The notes under the pieces were generated by a model, which saw only the letters and a list, made by a program, of their open reading frames with translations, was not told the DNA's origin and made no database searches. From assembly GCA_041662745.1 (NCBI GenBank), contig JBAZRV010000001.1, forward strand, positions 150,001-182,000: a stretch of 32,000 nucleotides of DNA. The letters are read 5' to 3'. This document shows, one piece after another, positions 14,531 through 22,902 of this stretch; the first letter of the stretch is position 1; each line of letters opens with the position of its first letter. Position numbers and translations under genes: made by a program. Source of the stretch: Patescibacteria group bacterium. GTDB taxonomy: Bacteria; Patescibacteriota; Patescibacteriia; 2-01-FULL-39-33.

Positions 14531-17500
14531 ATGAGACCAAGACAGAGACACGAATCAATTGATGAAAGCGCTCCCGAAGCAGGTATCGGCGGATTAATCG
14601 CAACCGCCAAAGAGTCCGGTCATGTGGATTTGCGCTCTTTTTCTCTCGAGCGGTTGGCGCAATTGGCTCAATGGTATCGGGACAGTTTTGAATCTTTGGA
14701 TAAGGGAGATAGAGTGGAGTTTTTGGAACAATTCATGTCCCTGAATGAATTTGATGACCGGGAAAGCTTGGAGTTTATTAATAAAATAGATTTTGAATCA
14801 AGAGCCGAAATCGGTATTTTTATTTATCGCACGCTTGACGGTCTGAAGTTTATCCAAGCCTTTCAGGAATGCTGGCCGGCCATTGATTATGATCAAAGAA
14901 GCGAGATGGTCTTGTTTATTATTAAGAAGCGTCCCGCCTTGTTATTGATGATTGCTCCTTTTGTGAAATTAAGCCGGTGGTCCAAGGATGGTCGGTACGT
15001 TCTTTTGCCCAATTGGCAACATGAGAGGAGCAAGCCGGCTGACAGTCTGCAAAAAGAACGGTTTTCCGCTTATGAGAAAAGTTCCGAACTGATAGAGGGA
15101 TTATTGCGGTATTCGGAAAACCATCCTGAAGAAAACAGCAGTGCAGTCAGGGATAATTTGTCCAATATGAATCCGGCCTTGTTGATTCCTTATTTGGATC
15201 GGATAGAAAATTTGCATATTTTAAGCAAGGAGCAAATAAAAAATATCGCTACGGCTCCGCAAAGATTTTTGCCGGTAGATATTTTTTATACAACTGAAGA
15301 TCTTGAAGAAAAAAAAGCGATAATGAAGGAATTGGAGGCTTACCATCCAGATGAAGAAGAGAGGACGGCTCTGAAGTATCTTTATCCGACAGAAATAACC
15401 CCGCTTAAGTTAGGCGTTAAGCTGGCGAAAATAGAAAACCGCGCTCTTTTGAGGAAAACCCAGGCGCTGTTGAGTACGTTCCGGGATCGTCAGGGTAAAT
15501 TGGGCCAGGACAAATTGGATTATTTGTTCAAGTTAGTTGAAGACGGCGTTCCGGTATTCGCTCAAATTGATAATTTGGGCTTGTCAAAAACAGAGCTTGC
15601 GGCCTTGCTTAACCGTTGCGTTGAAGAAGAAGATTTTCCTTTCGGCGTCTTGCTTGACTTGAGCGATCTTAAAAAGTTTGTGGAATTCAGCCGTCGCACT
15701 GAGTCTGGGTCCGAAGCCGATCTGGAACAATCTTTAATTCGCCAGGTAATCAAAAATTTGCAAGAAAATGGCGAGTATGGCCGCGTAGGCAATGCCGTAG
15801 CCTTAAATGCCGAAGGATTTTTTTCGATTTTCAGAGTTAGCGAGCGGCAAAAAATATGGGATGCCGTAAATAAATTTGCCCCCGCTCTTTGGCTTAATAA
15901 TATAAATTATGCCATTAAACATGGGATTATGACATTTGATGAGCTGATCACGATTAGCTCCGGCGATGATCAAAATTTCATTAAAAAGTATCATAGATTA
16001 TTATATCACCTGCATCAATTGCGGCGGGAAGGCAAACCGGTAGAGGCGTCGGTAGAATCATTGGCCGGTAAAGCCAAATCGCTTTTTTCCGCCAACCCCT
16101 ACCTGTTTTTGCAAGCTGACAATTCTAAAATAGTGAAAAGCATTTATTCTCAAGCGGAACAGCAACAATTCATTACGGAACAGCTGACTGGGAATGTCAA
16201 TTCTTACTTTTTTGAGGCCTTATTGTCGTCTGAATATATTAATCAATATGCTGATGTTTGCCGGAGGCTTTTGGCCGAGAATGGCTATTTATTTGCCGTT
16301 GTAACGGAGTATTCCCATATCTGGGAAAGGGCTCGAAGGTTTGTTGAAACTAAAGAATTGATTGATTTGGTAATCCGTCATGCTGAAAGTATAAATTTTT
16401 CAACGTTATTTGATGATCTTTATTTAATTGCGGAATTAGGAAAAAAACCGGCCAAAGCGGCGGCTTTGGCGGAGCGTTTAACGGAATTGAATAATTTTTC
16501 GGCGTTAGCCCGATTGAACGAGGGAATCAATCGGTATGGCAAAGAAGAACAGAGATTGCAGAAGAAATTGCAATCTTTGCCGCAATTAAGTTATTTAAAT
16601 GATGAGGAAAAACAGAAAGAAGGCGAACGGCTTAAAAAAGAATTGGCCGAGCTGGTTGATAACGGCTATGAAGCGAATAATCGCAATTTAGAATTATTGG
16701 CCAGAGAGACGATAGAAATTTTAATTGAGGCCTGCGAGTCAAACAGGTTTTTGGTTTTTGATGAGAATATCTTAGTAACCGAGGGATTAGATGCGGCTAA
16801 ATATATCATTAGAGATTTGCCCGGCTATATAGCCGTTAATCCTGAAATATTATTTGAAGTGGATACTCGTCCGAATCGCGGGGAATCATCAATGTTGTGC
16901 GAAAACATCTTAGGTGAAGATAAGTATCATTTGCTTATACGAGAAAATGCGAGGCTTTTAGCCTTCAGGAAGAGTGAATATGGAGTCGCTTTTGACAATA
17001 AGTTTGTTCGGCCGGAGACATTGAAGCGGATTGAGGAAATGAACCCTTTAATTGGTTTGCTTGCTCAAAGCAAAACAGATTTGGATTATTACTCTGCGGT
17101 TTTAAGGCGGGTGATGGAAACGCCATTGGCGGGGCTATACCGAAAGGAATTGGAAAAAATAATCAAGGACAAGAAAGAAGCGGGTGAACCGAGATTGATT
17201 ACCGGATTTTTTGAAGCGGATAACGATTTTGAACAGCCGGCAAAAAAGATTTTTTTGCTCAACAGCCATGCGGCGATCAGAGCGCATGCCGGCTGGCTGA
17301 TGTCTCTGCCGGAAAATCAGCAAACCGAGCTTGTAGGCTTATTGGAATTTTCTCTGCTCAATGGTTTGGTTTTTTTGGGCAAAATATTGCAATCAGAGGA
17401 CTTCAGCGAAGTTAAGAAGGAGTTGCAAGGCGGTATTGAAGAGTTTGTTTTATATGTTTTCGGCCTGGAAGATCTGCCAGAATTGTCTTTTGACAATTTA

Positions 17501-18760
17501 TCAGTTGATTCAACTCGCGCCTTGATGATTTATTATTACAAGTCTTGCAAAAAAGATCGTTATCAGGAGTTGGCCTTTAAGGATTTCATTATTCATGTTT
17601 TGAACGGCACCTATGGTTTTTGGCGTGCTTGGGATAGCAACATTGACCCTGAAGACAAACTTTCACAGCTTAATAAATTGAAGGAGAAAAAGCTAATACC
17701 CGAGGGTTTGACCTTGGATCAATATCGGCAATGGCTTGATGAGGAAAAGTTTAAGTTTGAAGAAACTCTCGCTTATGATATTTCCGATCTGAAGGCGGGT
17801 ATTGGCGATATAATCGGTGATGCCGTGGCTGACGGCCATATTACTGAAGAATCCCTTGATTTATCCGGTATTGATGAAAAATACAACACCCTAATTGAGC
17901 CGTTGAATATTTTTACCAATCGCCAGAGAGAATTGCGCGAATTGTCTAAAACGGCGGGGTTGACTGAGGAGCGTCAGGCAGAGTACAAGGAGTTGGCTCG
18001 TCAGATAGCCGATTATCGCAAAAAACACGAGACTGAGATGACCGCCATCTTAGCGCTTAAATATTTGTCCGGCTTAAAAAATTTAACCGCCCATGAGTTG
18101 GAAAATCAAGTATTGATTTTAAAGAATAAAAATCAGGTGCCGTTAAAAAAGGCCCTTAGTTTGTTGGCAGAGCATTTTGGAGAAAAATCCCCTGATTTTA
18201 TAGGTGATATCAATCGTATCCGCCAATTGCTTGCCGGCGGTTTTGAGCAGATTTATGGCGGTAAAAAAGTTTCAAGAGGAAAGCTTTACTTGACTGACAG
18301 GGTTGATTTGGAAACCTATGTCTTTATCGGAGAAAGGCCTGTCGCCTCTTGCCAAAATTACGATGGCCGTAGCGGCCAGAATGCCGGACTGTTATCTTAT
18401 TTGTCCGACCCCAATGTTAAGATTATTCAAATATACAATGAGAGCGGGGGTATTATCGCTCGCAGCGTTATGCGTTTAGTTGAAGATGATGATAATAAAC
18501 CGCAATTATTCATTGAGAGAACATATTCAGCCAATCCGCATCCCAAAATTAATGAAGCCATTGTTAATTTTGCCAAGCTTAAAGCGGAAAAAATGAATGT
18601 CGGTTTATATGCCTCTGTTTCTGTCGGGTCCAATCAAGGAACGGCAGCGGCCGATCTTCATAATAATAATAGCCGCAGCGCTTATGTTTATACTGATGCG
18701 GCCGGCGGTAGAATTCCCAAGGGGCGTTTTACTATCAGGAGCGCCAAGTTAATCCGCTGA
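14531..18760 (+). CDS. giant hypothetical protein (1409 aa), no recognised family
   Basis: A single uninterrupted 4.2-kb ORF with protein-like composition. No signal peptide, TM segment, P-loop or HExxH seen. Helix-favouring, E/K/L-rich. Distinct C-terminal ~170 aa (FIGERPVASCQNYDGRSGQNAGLLSYLSDPNVKIIQIYNESGGIIARSVMRL). TGA stop. Confidence 0.8.
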   Translation: MRPRQRHESIDESAPEAGIGGLIATAKESGHVDLRSFSLERLAQLAQWYRDSFESLDKGDRVEFLEQFMSLNEFDDRESLEFINKIDFESRAEIGIFIYRTLDGLKFIQAFQECWPAIDYDQRSEMVLFIIKKRPALLLMIAPFVKLSRWSKDGRYVLLPNWQHERSKPADSLQKERFSAYEKSSELIEGLLRYSENHPEENSSAVRDNLSNMNPALLIPYLDRIENLHILSKEQIKNIATAPQRFLPVDIFYTTEDLEEKKAIMKELEAYHPDEEERTALKYLYPTEITPLKLGVKLAKIENRALLRKTQALLSTFRDRQGKLGQDKLDYLFKLVEDGVPVFAQIDNLGLSKTELAALLNRCVEEEDFPFGVLLDLSDLKKFVEFSRRTESGSEADLEQSLIRQVIKNLQENGEYGRVGNAVALNAEGFFSIFRVSERQKIWDAVNKFAPALWLNNINYAIKHGIMTFDELITISSGDDQNFIKKYHRLLYHLHQLRREGKPVEASVESLAGKAKSLFSANPYLFLQADNSKIVKSIYSQAEQQQFITEQLTGNVNSYFFEALLSSEYINQYADVCRRLLAENGYLFAVVTEYSHIWERARRFVETKELIDLVIRHAESINFSTLFDDLYLIAELGKKPAKAAALAERLTELNNFSALARLNEGINRYGKEEQRLQKKLQSLPQLSYLNDEEKQKEGERLKKELAELVDNGYEANNRNLELLARETIEILIEACESNRFLVFDENILVTEGLDAAKYIIRDLPGYIAVNPEILFEVDTRPNRGESSMLCENILGEDKYHLLIRENARLLAFRKSEYGVAFDNKFVRPETLKRIEEMNPLIGLLAQSKTDLDYYSAVLRRVMETPLAGLYRKELEKIIKDKKEAGEPRLITGFFEADNDFEQPAKKIFLLNSHAAIRAHAGWLMSLPENQQTELVGLLEFSLLNGLVFLGKILQSEDFSEVKKELQGGIEEFVLYVFGLEDLPELSFDNLSVDSTRALMIYYYKSCKKDRYQELAFKDFIIHVLNGTYGFWRAWDSNIDPEDKLSQLNKLKEKKLIPEGLTLDQYRQWLDEEKFKFEETLAYDISDLKAGIGDIIGDAVADGHITEESLDLSGIDEKYNTLIEPLNIFTNRQRELRELSKTAGLTEERQAEYKELARQIADYRKKHETEMTAILALKYLSGLKNLTAHELENQVLILKNKNQVPLKKALSLLAEHFGEKSPDFIGDINRIRQLLAGGFEQIYGGKKVSRGKLYLTDRVDLETYVFIGERPVASCQNYDGRSGQNAGLLSYLSDPNVKIIQIYNESGGIIARSVMRLVEDDDNKPQLFIERTYSANPHPKINEAIVNFAKLKAEKMNVGLYASVSVGSNQGTAAADLHNNNSRSAYVYTDAAGGRIPKGRFTIRSAKLIR

Positions 18761-18820
18761 GAGAAGTCAACCGGTTAGAGTGGAAGAGGCGGTAATTTTT
18801 TACTATAATGCAATATAAAA

Positions 18821-19144
18821 ATGGATAATTCATTTATAACCAATAATCCCTTGCAAGTTTTTTTGGGGCGGGTCGTTATTGACCAGTCATATATTTATAT
18901 TGATTATTGGTCAATGATACATTTTTGCTCCGGCGCGATTTTGGGGCTGCTGTTTGCCATTTACTGCCCCAAGAGGTATTCTTGGCTATTCACCCTTGCT
19001 TTTTTGCTGGTTTATGAGATCATTGAAATCTTTTTGACCGGCATTTTATTCATTACGGAAACGGCGGTAGACAGGATTTGGGATTTGATTATCGGTATGA
19101 TCGGATTTTTTATCTTTTATTATTTTTTCCATAAAAAATCGTAA
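18821..19144 (+). CDS. small integral membrane protein (107 aa, ~3 TM)
   Basis: Track ORF. Hydrophobic segments HFCSGAILGLLFAIY, WLFTLAFLLVYEIIEIFLTGILFI and LIIGMIGFFIFYYFF. TATAAT (18804-18809) lies 11 nt upstream of the ATG. Confidence 0.6.
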   Translation: MDNSFITNNPLQVFLGRVVIDQSYIYIDYWSMIHFCSGAILGLLFAIYCPKRYSWLFTLAFLLVYEIIEIFLTGILFITETAVDRIWDLIIGMIGFFIFYYFFHKKS

Positions 19145-19173
19145 TTTTTATAGCATTGCCTTATAAACAAAAT

Positions 19174-19211
19174 TAAAAAAAGCCGCCCGGTCAATGCGAC
19201 CGAGCGGTTTT
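19174..19211. terminator. bidirectional terminator between convergent genes
   Basis: AAAAAAA-GCCGCCCGGTC-AATGC-GACCGAGCGG-TTTT. Confidence 0.65.
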
Positions 19212-19253
19212 CATAATGTTCTTAAGCTTTTAATCGCTGTCAAACGAAGCGTT

Positions 19254-19598
19254 TTACGCAACCCCTTGCTTTTTTAACGGCCAAGGGAGTTTAATCAAGA
19301 CAAAGCCCGTAAAAGCAATGAGCAGGCCAAGCCAATTAAGCAGTGATGGATTATGAGTCTTATCTATAAGGGAAATGGTTGCAAGTTCCGCCGCCGTCAA
19401 AGAAACAACGAAGAGCAGGCCGTCAAAAATCAGGTTTTTTGAGTACTTGCTGATAAACGGCCAGAGCGGAGCGATGTTAATCAGTACCAGACCAATGAAC
19501 GACCACCAGTTTTGGGTTAAACTGCTCTGCAAGGAAAAGTAGCTCATAGCCATGCCGTCAATTATCGTTAGCGGTATCAATAATCCGTAAACAATCAT
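19254..19598 (-). CDS. 4-TM small membrane protein, SMR/DMT half-transporter-like (114 aa), second of a pair
   Basis: Track ORF trimmed to the ATG at 19598, preceded by AAGGAGG that overlaps the upstream TAA. The C-terminal helix NWLGLLIAFTGFVLIKL parallels the partner's NWLGVIVVIIGFILMKL. Confidence 0.55.
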   Translation of the reverse strand: MIVYGLLIPLTIIDGMAMSYFSLQSSLTQNWWSFIGLVLINIAPLWPFISKYSKNLIFDGLLFVVSLTAAELATISLIDKTHNPSLLNWLGLLIAFTGFVLIKLPWPLKKQGVA

Positions 19599-19609
19599 TT
19601 TTCGCCTCC

Positions 19610-19936
19610 TTAAAGTTTCATCAGTATGAAACCGATGATCACGACAATCACTCCCAGCCAATTATGGCGTTTGAATTTCACGGCGGCGCCTAACAGCACC
19701 AGGGCTGAAGTCAGGGTCAGGGTCATAAGAGTGTCGTAAAGCAACATATCAAATGCCAGACTGGCGGAGTCGGGAGCGACGAACGCCCAAAGGGGTATGA
19801 GATTCAAGCCGATCATTATCGCCAATATTTTTTTATTTTTGACGCTGTTGTTTTTTTTAGAAAAATAGGCAACGACAGCATAGAAAAATATTTCCAGCGG
19901 TACCCAGATCAGGTAAGTTATGGTTACGGGAAACAT
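19610..19936 (-). CDS. 4-TM small membrane protein, SMR/DMT half-transporter-like (108 aa), first of a pair
   Basis: Track ORF. RBS AAAGGAGGATGGC precedes the ATG. Four hydrophobic segments. Confidence 0.55.
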   Translation of the reverse strand: MFPVTITYLIWVPLEIFFYAVVAYFSKKNNSVKNKKILAIMIGLNLIPLWAFVAPDSASLAFDMLLYDTLMTLTLTSALVLLGAAVKFKRHNWLGVIVVIIGFILMKL

Positions 19937-19981
19937 GCCATCCTCCTTTATTCGATTGAAAAGAACTTTAAGCTTTAAGGC

Positions 19982-20010
19982 AGATTAGCATTGATCGGCT
20001 TTTGTGTCAA
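19982..20010 (-). promoter_or_regulatory. sigma70-like promoter for the 4-TM pair
   Basis: Minus strand TTGACA (20010-20005), 17-nt spacer, TAATCT (19987-19982). Confidence 0.4.
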
Positions 20011-20017
20011 TTGCATT

Positions 20018-20044
20018 AAAAAATCCGTTGCCTGAGGCAACGGA
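20018..20044 (-). terminator. rho-independent terminator for the 21822->20073 operon
   Basis: Minus strand TCCGTTGCC-TCA-GGCAACGGA followed by TTTTTT. Confidence 0.7.
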
Positions 20045-20072
20045 TGATGAATGAACGAGATAGCAATGCGAT

Positions 20073-20750
20073 TTAAGCGACGCGCCGATCGGTGTTTTCA
20101 GGCGGTCTCTGATTAATCCAAACCAGCTTCCAGTCACGCTGTCTATCGGCGGCCATTCTCATCAGACTCTCTGCGATAAGCCAGACGCCGGTGTGGCAGT
20201 CAATTATTACCGAATCAAAGCCTTTTTCAGCCAACCCTTTAAGCAGAGCGTTCAATCTGACCGTTATTTCTCTCCAGCATTTTTCATTGCTGATCAGCAT
20301 ATTGAAACCATCGCTAAGATTCCCAGACAACTTAATCAGCGGCTTTTTAGCCAGCAACTTTTGAGGAGTACCGCCTGCCCGTCGCCGGACCCGGATATTA
20401 ATCTTGGTATTTTCCAAATTAACGCTGCGGAGTTGCAGAATAACACTGAAAGATTGGTAGGGAACGATCAAATCGCTAAGATCAAAATCTTTAGTGTCAG
20501 CGGCCAGCATATATTGTTCCAGAAAAGCTACGGTGTTTTGCGCCAGGTTTTCTCTGAAGGCGCTGTCCGTCAACAAGGGCATTAAGCCGGCGCCAATGAC
20601 ATCCAGATCAATAACGCAAACCTGTCGGCCCTTGGCGCTCATTTGTTTCGCCAAAGCCAGGGCATTGGTGCTTTTGCCGACTCCGCCGCACCGAGAATGA
20701 AAACTGATGACTTGCAGTTTTTTCTCGGTCGGTTTATTTTTCTTGGCCAT
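20073..20750 (-). CDS. ParA/MinD-superfamily P-loop ATPase-like protein with a deviant Walker A (225 aa)
   Basis: VISFHSRCGGVGKSTNALALA aligns to the xKGGxGK[ST] deviant Walker A, but the signature Lys is Cys. QVCVIDLDV (switch-like) and SVIIDCHTG (Walker B-like) follow. RBS GGGAGA. 16-nt gap from the upstream gene. Confidence 0.6.
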   Translation of the reverse strand: MAKKNKPTEKKLQVISFHSRCGGVGKSTNALALAKQMSAKGRQVCVIDLDVIGAGLMPLLTDSAFRENLAQNTVAFLEQYMLAADTKDFDLSDLIVPYQSFSVILQLRSVNLENTKINIRVRRRAGGTPQKLLAKKPLIKLSGNLSDGFNMLISNEKCWREITVRLNALLKGLAEKGFDSVIIDCHTGVWLIAESLMRMAADRQRDWKLVWINQRPPENTDRRVA

Positions 20751-20766
20751 TTTTGTTCTCCCGGTT

Positions 20767-21822
20767 TTAATTCACGCGTTTTAATTCTTTAATTCTTTGC
20801 GGCATATAGTCAGAGAAGAATTCAAAGAAAGCCTCTTCGGAAGGAAATACTTTAGTGGCGATATCCATAAACGGGCTGGCGTGCTGGCTGGGCCAGATCA
20901 CAAAAACATTTTTACCGGTTTCAAAGCCCCTGGTGCATTCGTCGCTGACGCCCTTAGAGAGGGTTGTTCCCAGCGGGTAATAAGCGACTTGGTCGGAGGC
21001 TTTGGGAATATACCAATTCAGGTCCCGATGAACCGTATGCCGACGAATAATCAATTCTTCTTTGGCGGAGAGCCCGGCGTTTGATTCCATATCAATCATT
21101 CTGGGATCAATGAGCGGCGTTGGCAGTCCGGTTAAGCGGCGCCCCAAAGTAAGAAGTTTTTCTTTAAACTTCGTAATCATTTGATCCGCCTCGGAACTGG
21201 CGTCAGTCATGGGCATTTGGAAGTAAATCAAGAAAGCGCTGGCCAGCAAGCTTTCAATAGTCAGGGGGTCCTGCCGGCCGGGCAGAACGTAATGCGGTTT
21301 GCCGAGATTGGAAGCCAGTCCTTCAACCGTATTTACTTCCGCATTGCTCCACAATAATAGGTCGCGCAGACTGTGATTTTGTACCCGACCCTGCGGCGTG
21401 GCCAATTGCCGTTCCCTGACGGTGGACGGTTTTTCAATCAGTGTAATAAACATGTCGGGGTTGAGTTGACGCAAGTGACGCCAGTCGTAGGCGTTAATAA
21501 ACACGTCATTCCAGAAAAATTGAGCGTGCAGATCAATAACCAACCGATCGCATTTTTCTTGCTTATTGGCGACCGAAGCCAAGATGGAATCAAAAACCCT
21601 GTTTTCTAAAGCGGCCAACAATTCCGGATTAAGGTTAAGTAAGTTTTCCGGAGTTATCGGAGGTTTTTGCGGAGTTTCTTGAGCCAGCGTCAGCAGCATA
21701 TTGCCAGAATGATAACTGTTGATTTCCAAGCGGCTGGGATCAGCCACGGCATACTCGTTGCAGAATCTTGTGCTACCGCTGCCGGGAATGCCCGTAATTA
21801 CGATCTTCTTGCTTCTTGGCAT
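20767..21822 (-). CDS. fusion protein: archaeal-type adenylate-kinase-like P-loop domain + nucleoside 2-deoxyribosyltransferase-like domain (351 aa)
   Basis: Trimmed to the ATG at 21822 (AAGGAAA RBS). N-terminal half: KKIVITGIPGSGST, VIDLHAQFF, NPDMFITLIEKPSTVRERQ, HSLRDLL, matching the AdkA layout DxHa...lnPd.i..le..p..i..RR. C-terminal half: LIYFQMPMT and RDLNWYIPKASDQVAYYPLGTTLSKGVSDECTRGFETGKNVFVIWP, an NDT/DUF4406-like pattern. Confidence 0.5.
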   Translation of the reverse strand: MPRSKKIVITGIPGSGSTRFCNEYAVADPSRLEINSYHSGNMLLTLAQETPQKPPITPENLLNLNPELLAALENRVFDSILASVANKQEKCDRLVIDLHAQFFWNDVFINAYDWRHLRQLNPDMFITLIEKPSTVRERQLATPQGRVQNHSLRDLLLWSNAEVNTVEGLASNLGKPHYVLPGRQDPLTIESLLASAFLIYFQMPMTDASSEADQMITKFKEKLLTLGRRLTGLPTPLIDPRMIDMESNAGLSAKEELIIRRHTVHRDLNWYIPKASDQVAYYPLGTTLSKGVSDECTRGFETGKNVFVIWPSQHASPFMDIATKVFPSEEAFFEFFSDYMPQRIKELKRVN

Positions 21823-21948
21823 GGTATTTTCCTTTCTTTTTTTATTCTGTTTTAAGGTCCGGCGACTAATATTCACATACCCCTTTTTATCATATTACAC
21901 GCAATATGTCAATAGATTTTTAGCAAATTATGTCCAACTTGGTTTATT

Positions 21949-21962
21949 TATGATAAAATTAG
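21949..21962 (+). promoter_or_regulatory. extended -10 element TATGATAAAATTAG (second copy)
   Basis: Identical 14-mer to 14511-14524, located 21 nt upstream of the HAD ATG. No SD sequence lies between. Confidence 0.4.
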
Positions 21963-21982
21963 ATTACTTTTAATACTAATTT

Positions 21983-22690
21983 ATGAACAAGGCTGAGACA
22001 GTAAAAAATAAAAAAGTCGCCGTATTTGATATTGACGGGACGATTTTTCGTTCCAGCTTGTTGATTGAGGTGACTGAGGCGCTGATTGGCGAAGGATTGT
22101 TTCCGGCCTCGGCCAAAAAGGTTTATGCCAAGTCGTTCATCGCTTGGCTTAATCGCCAAGACTCCTATGATAAATATATTTATGATGTCATCAAGGCTTT
22201 TGAAAAGAACATAAAAAGAGTCAGATCGCGGGATTATGTTAGAGTAGCTAAAAAAGTCATCGTTTTCCATCAGGACCGGGTTTATCGTTTTACGCGCGAT
22301 TTGGTGAAAGATTTGAAAAAGCAAGGGTATTTTCTTTTGGCCATATCGCATTCGCCGCGCGAGTTAGTGGAGTTGTTTGCCCAAGGCTTGGGTTTTGATG
22401 AGGTGTACGGCCGGATTTTAGAGGCGGACAAGCGGGGGCGGTTTACCGGCCGGGTGGAGCACGAAGAGCTGATTACCGACAAGGCCAAAATACTTAAGCG
22501 GGCAATAGCCAAGGAAAATTTGACTTTAAGCGGCTCAGTCGGCGTGGGCGATTCCGAAGGAGATATCACTTTATTGCGGTCGGTGGATAGGCCGATCGCC
22601 TTTAACCCCAATAGTAAATTGTATCAAGAGGCCAAACGTTGCGGTTGGGAAATAGTAGTGGAGAGGAAAGATGTGATTTACAAGATTTAA
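21983..22690 (+). CDS. HAD-superfamily hydrolase, subfamily IB (SerB-like) (235 aa)
   Basis: Motif I VAVFDIDGTIF, motif II LLAISHSP, motif III K (TDKAK), motif IV GVGDSEGDITLL. Confidence 0.8.
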   Translation: MNKAETVKNKKVAVFDIDGTIFRSSLLIEVTEALIGEGLFPASAKKVYAKSFIAWLNRQDSYDKYIYDVIKAFEKNIKRVRSRDYVRVAKKVIVFHQDRVYRFTRDLVKDLKKQGYFLLAISHSPRELVELFAQGLGFDEVYGRILEADKRGRFTGRVEHEELITDKAKILKRAIAKENLTLSGSVGVGDSEGDITLLRSVDRPIAFNPNSKLYQEAKRCGWEIVVERKDVIYKI

Positions 22691-22745
22691 AATCATTGGA
22701 CAGATTACCGGATTGACTTTTCCGGCAAGCTGAGGAAATAAATAT

Positions 22746-22780
22746 AAAACTCGATTCCGGCAGGGAATCGAGTTTTGTTT
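22746..22780. terminator. strong bidirectional terminator
   Basis: AAAACTCGATTCC-GGCAG-GGAATCGAGTTTTGTTT. Confidence 0.8.
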
Positions 22781-22902
22781 GTGCTATTTTGGGCGCGCGC
22801 CATAAGGTATCTTTAGCCGACGCGCGATGCGTTTAACTTGTTTTTCTGTACGACCCAGCTTTATCTGTCGTTGACCGGTATTATTATGGTGCCGTCGTTT
22901 TT

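Noticed and set aside
21823-21876. Upstream GTG start (21876) for the kinase/NDT-like fusion, adding MNISRRTLKQNKKRKENT
   Set aside because: The GTG has only a poorly spaced purine run upstream. The ATG at 21822 has an AAGGAAA at proper spacing and begins right before the P-loop strand. The choice remains uncertain.
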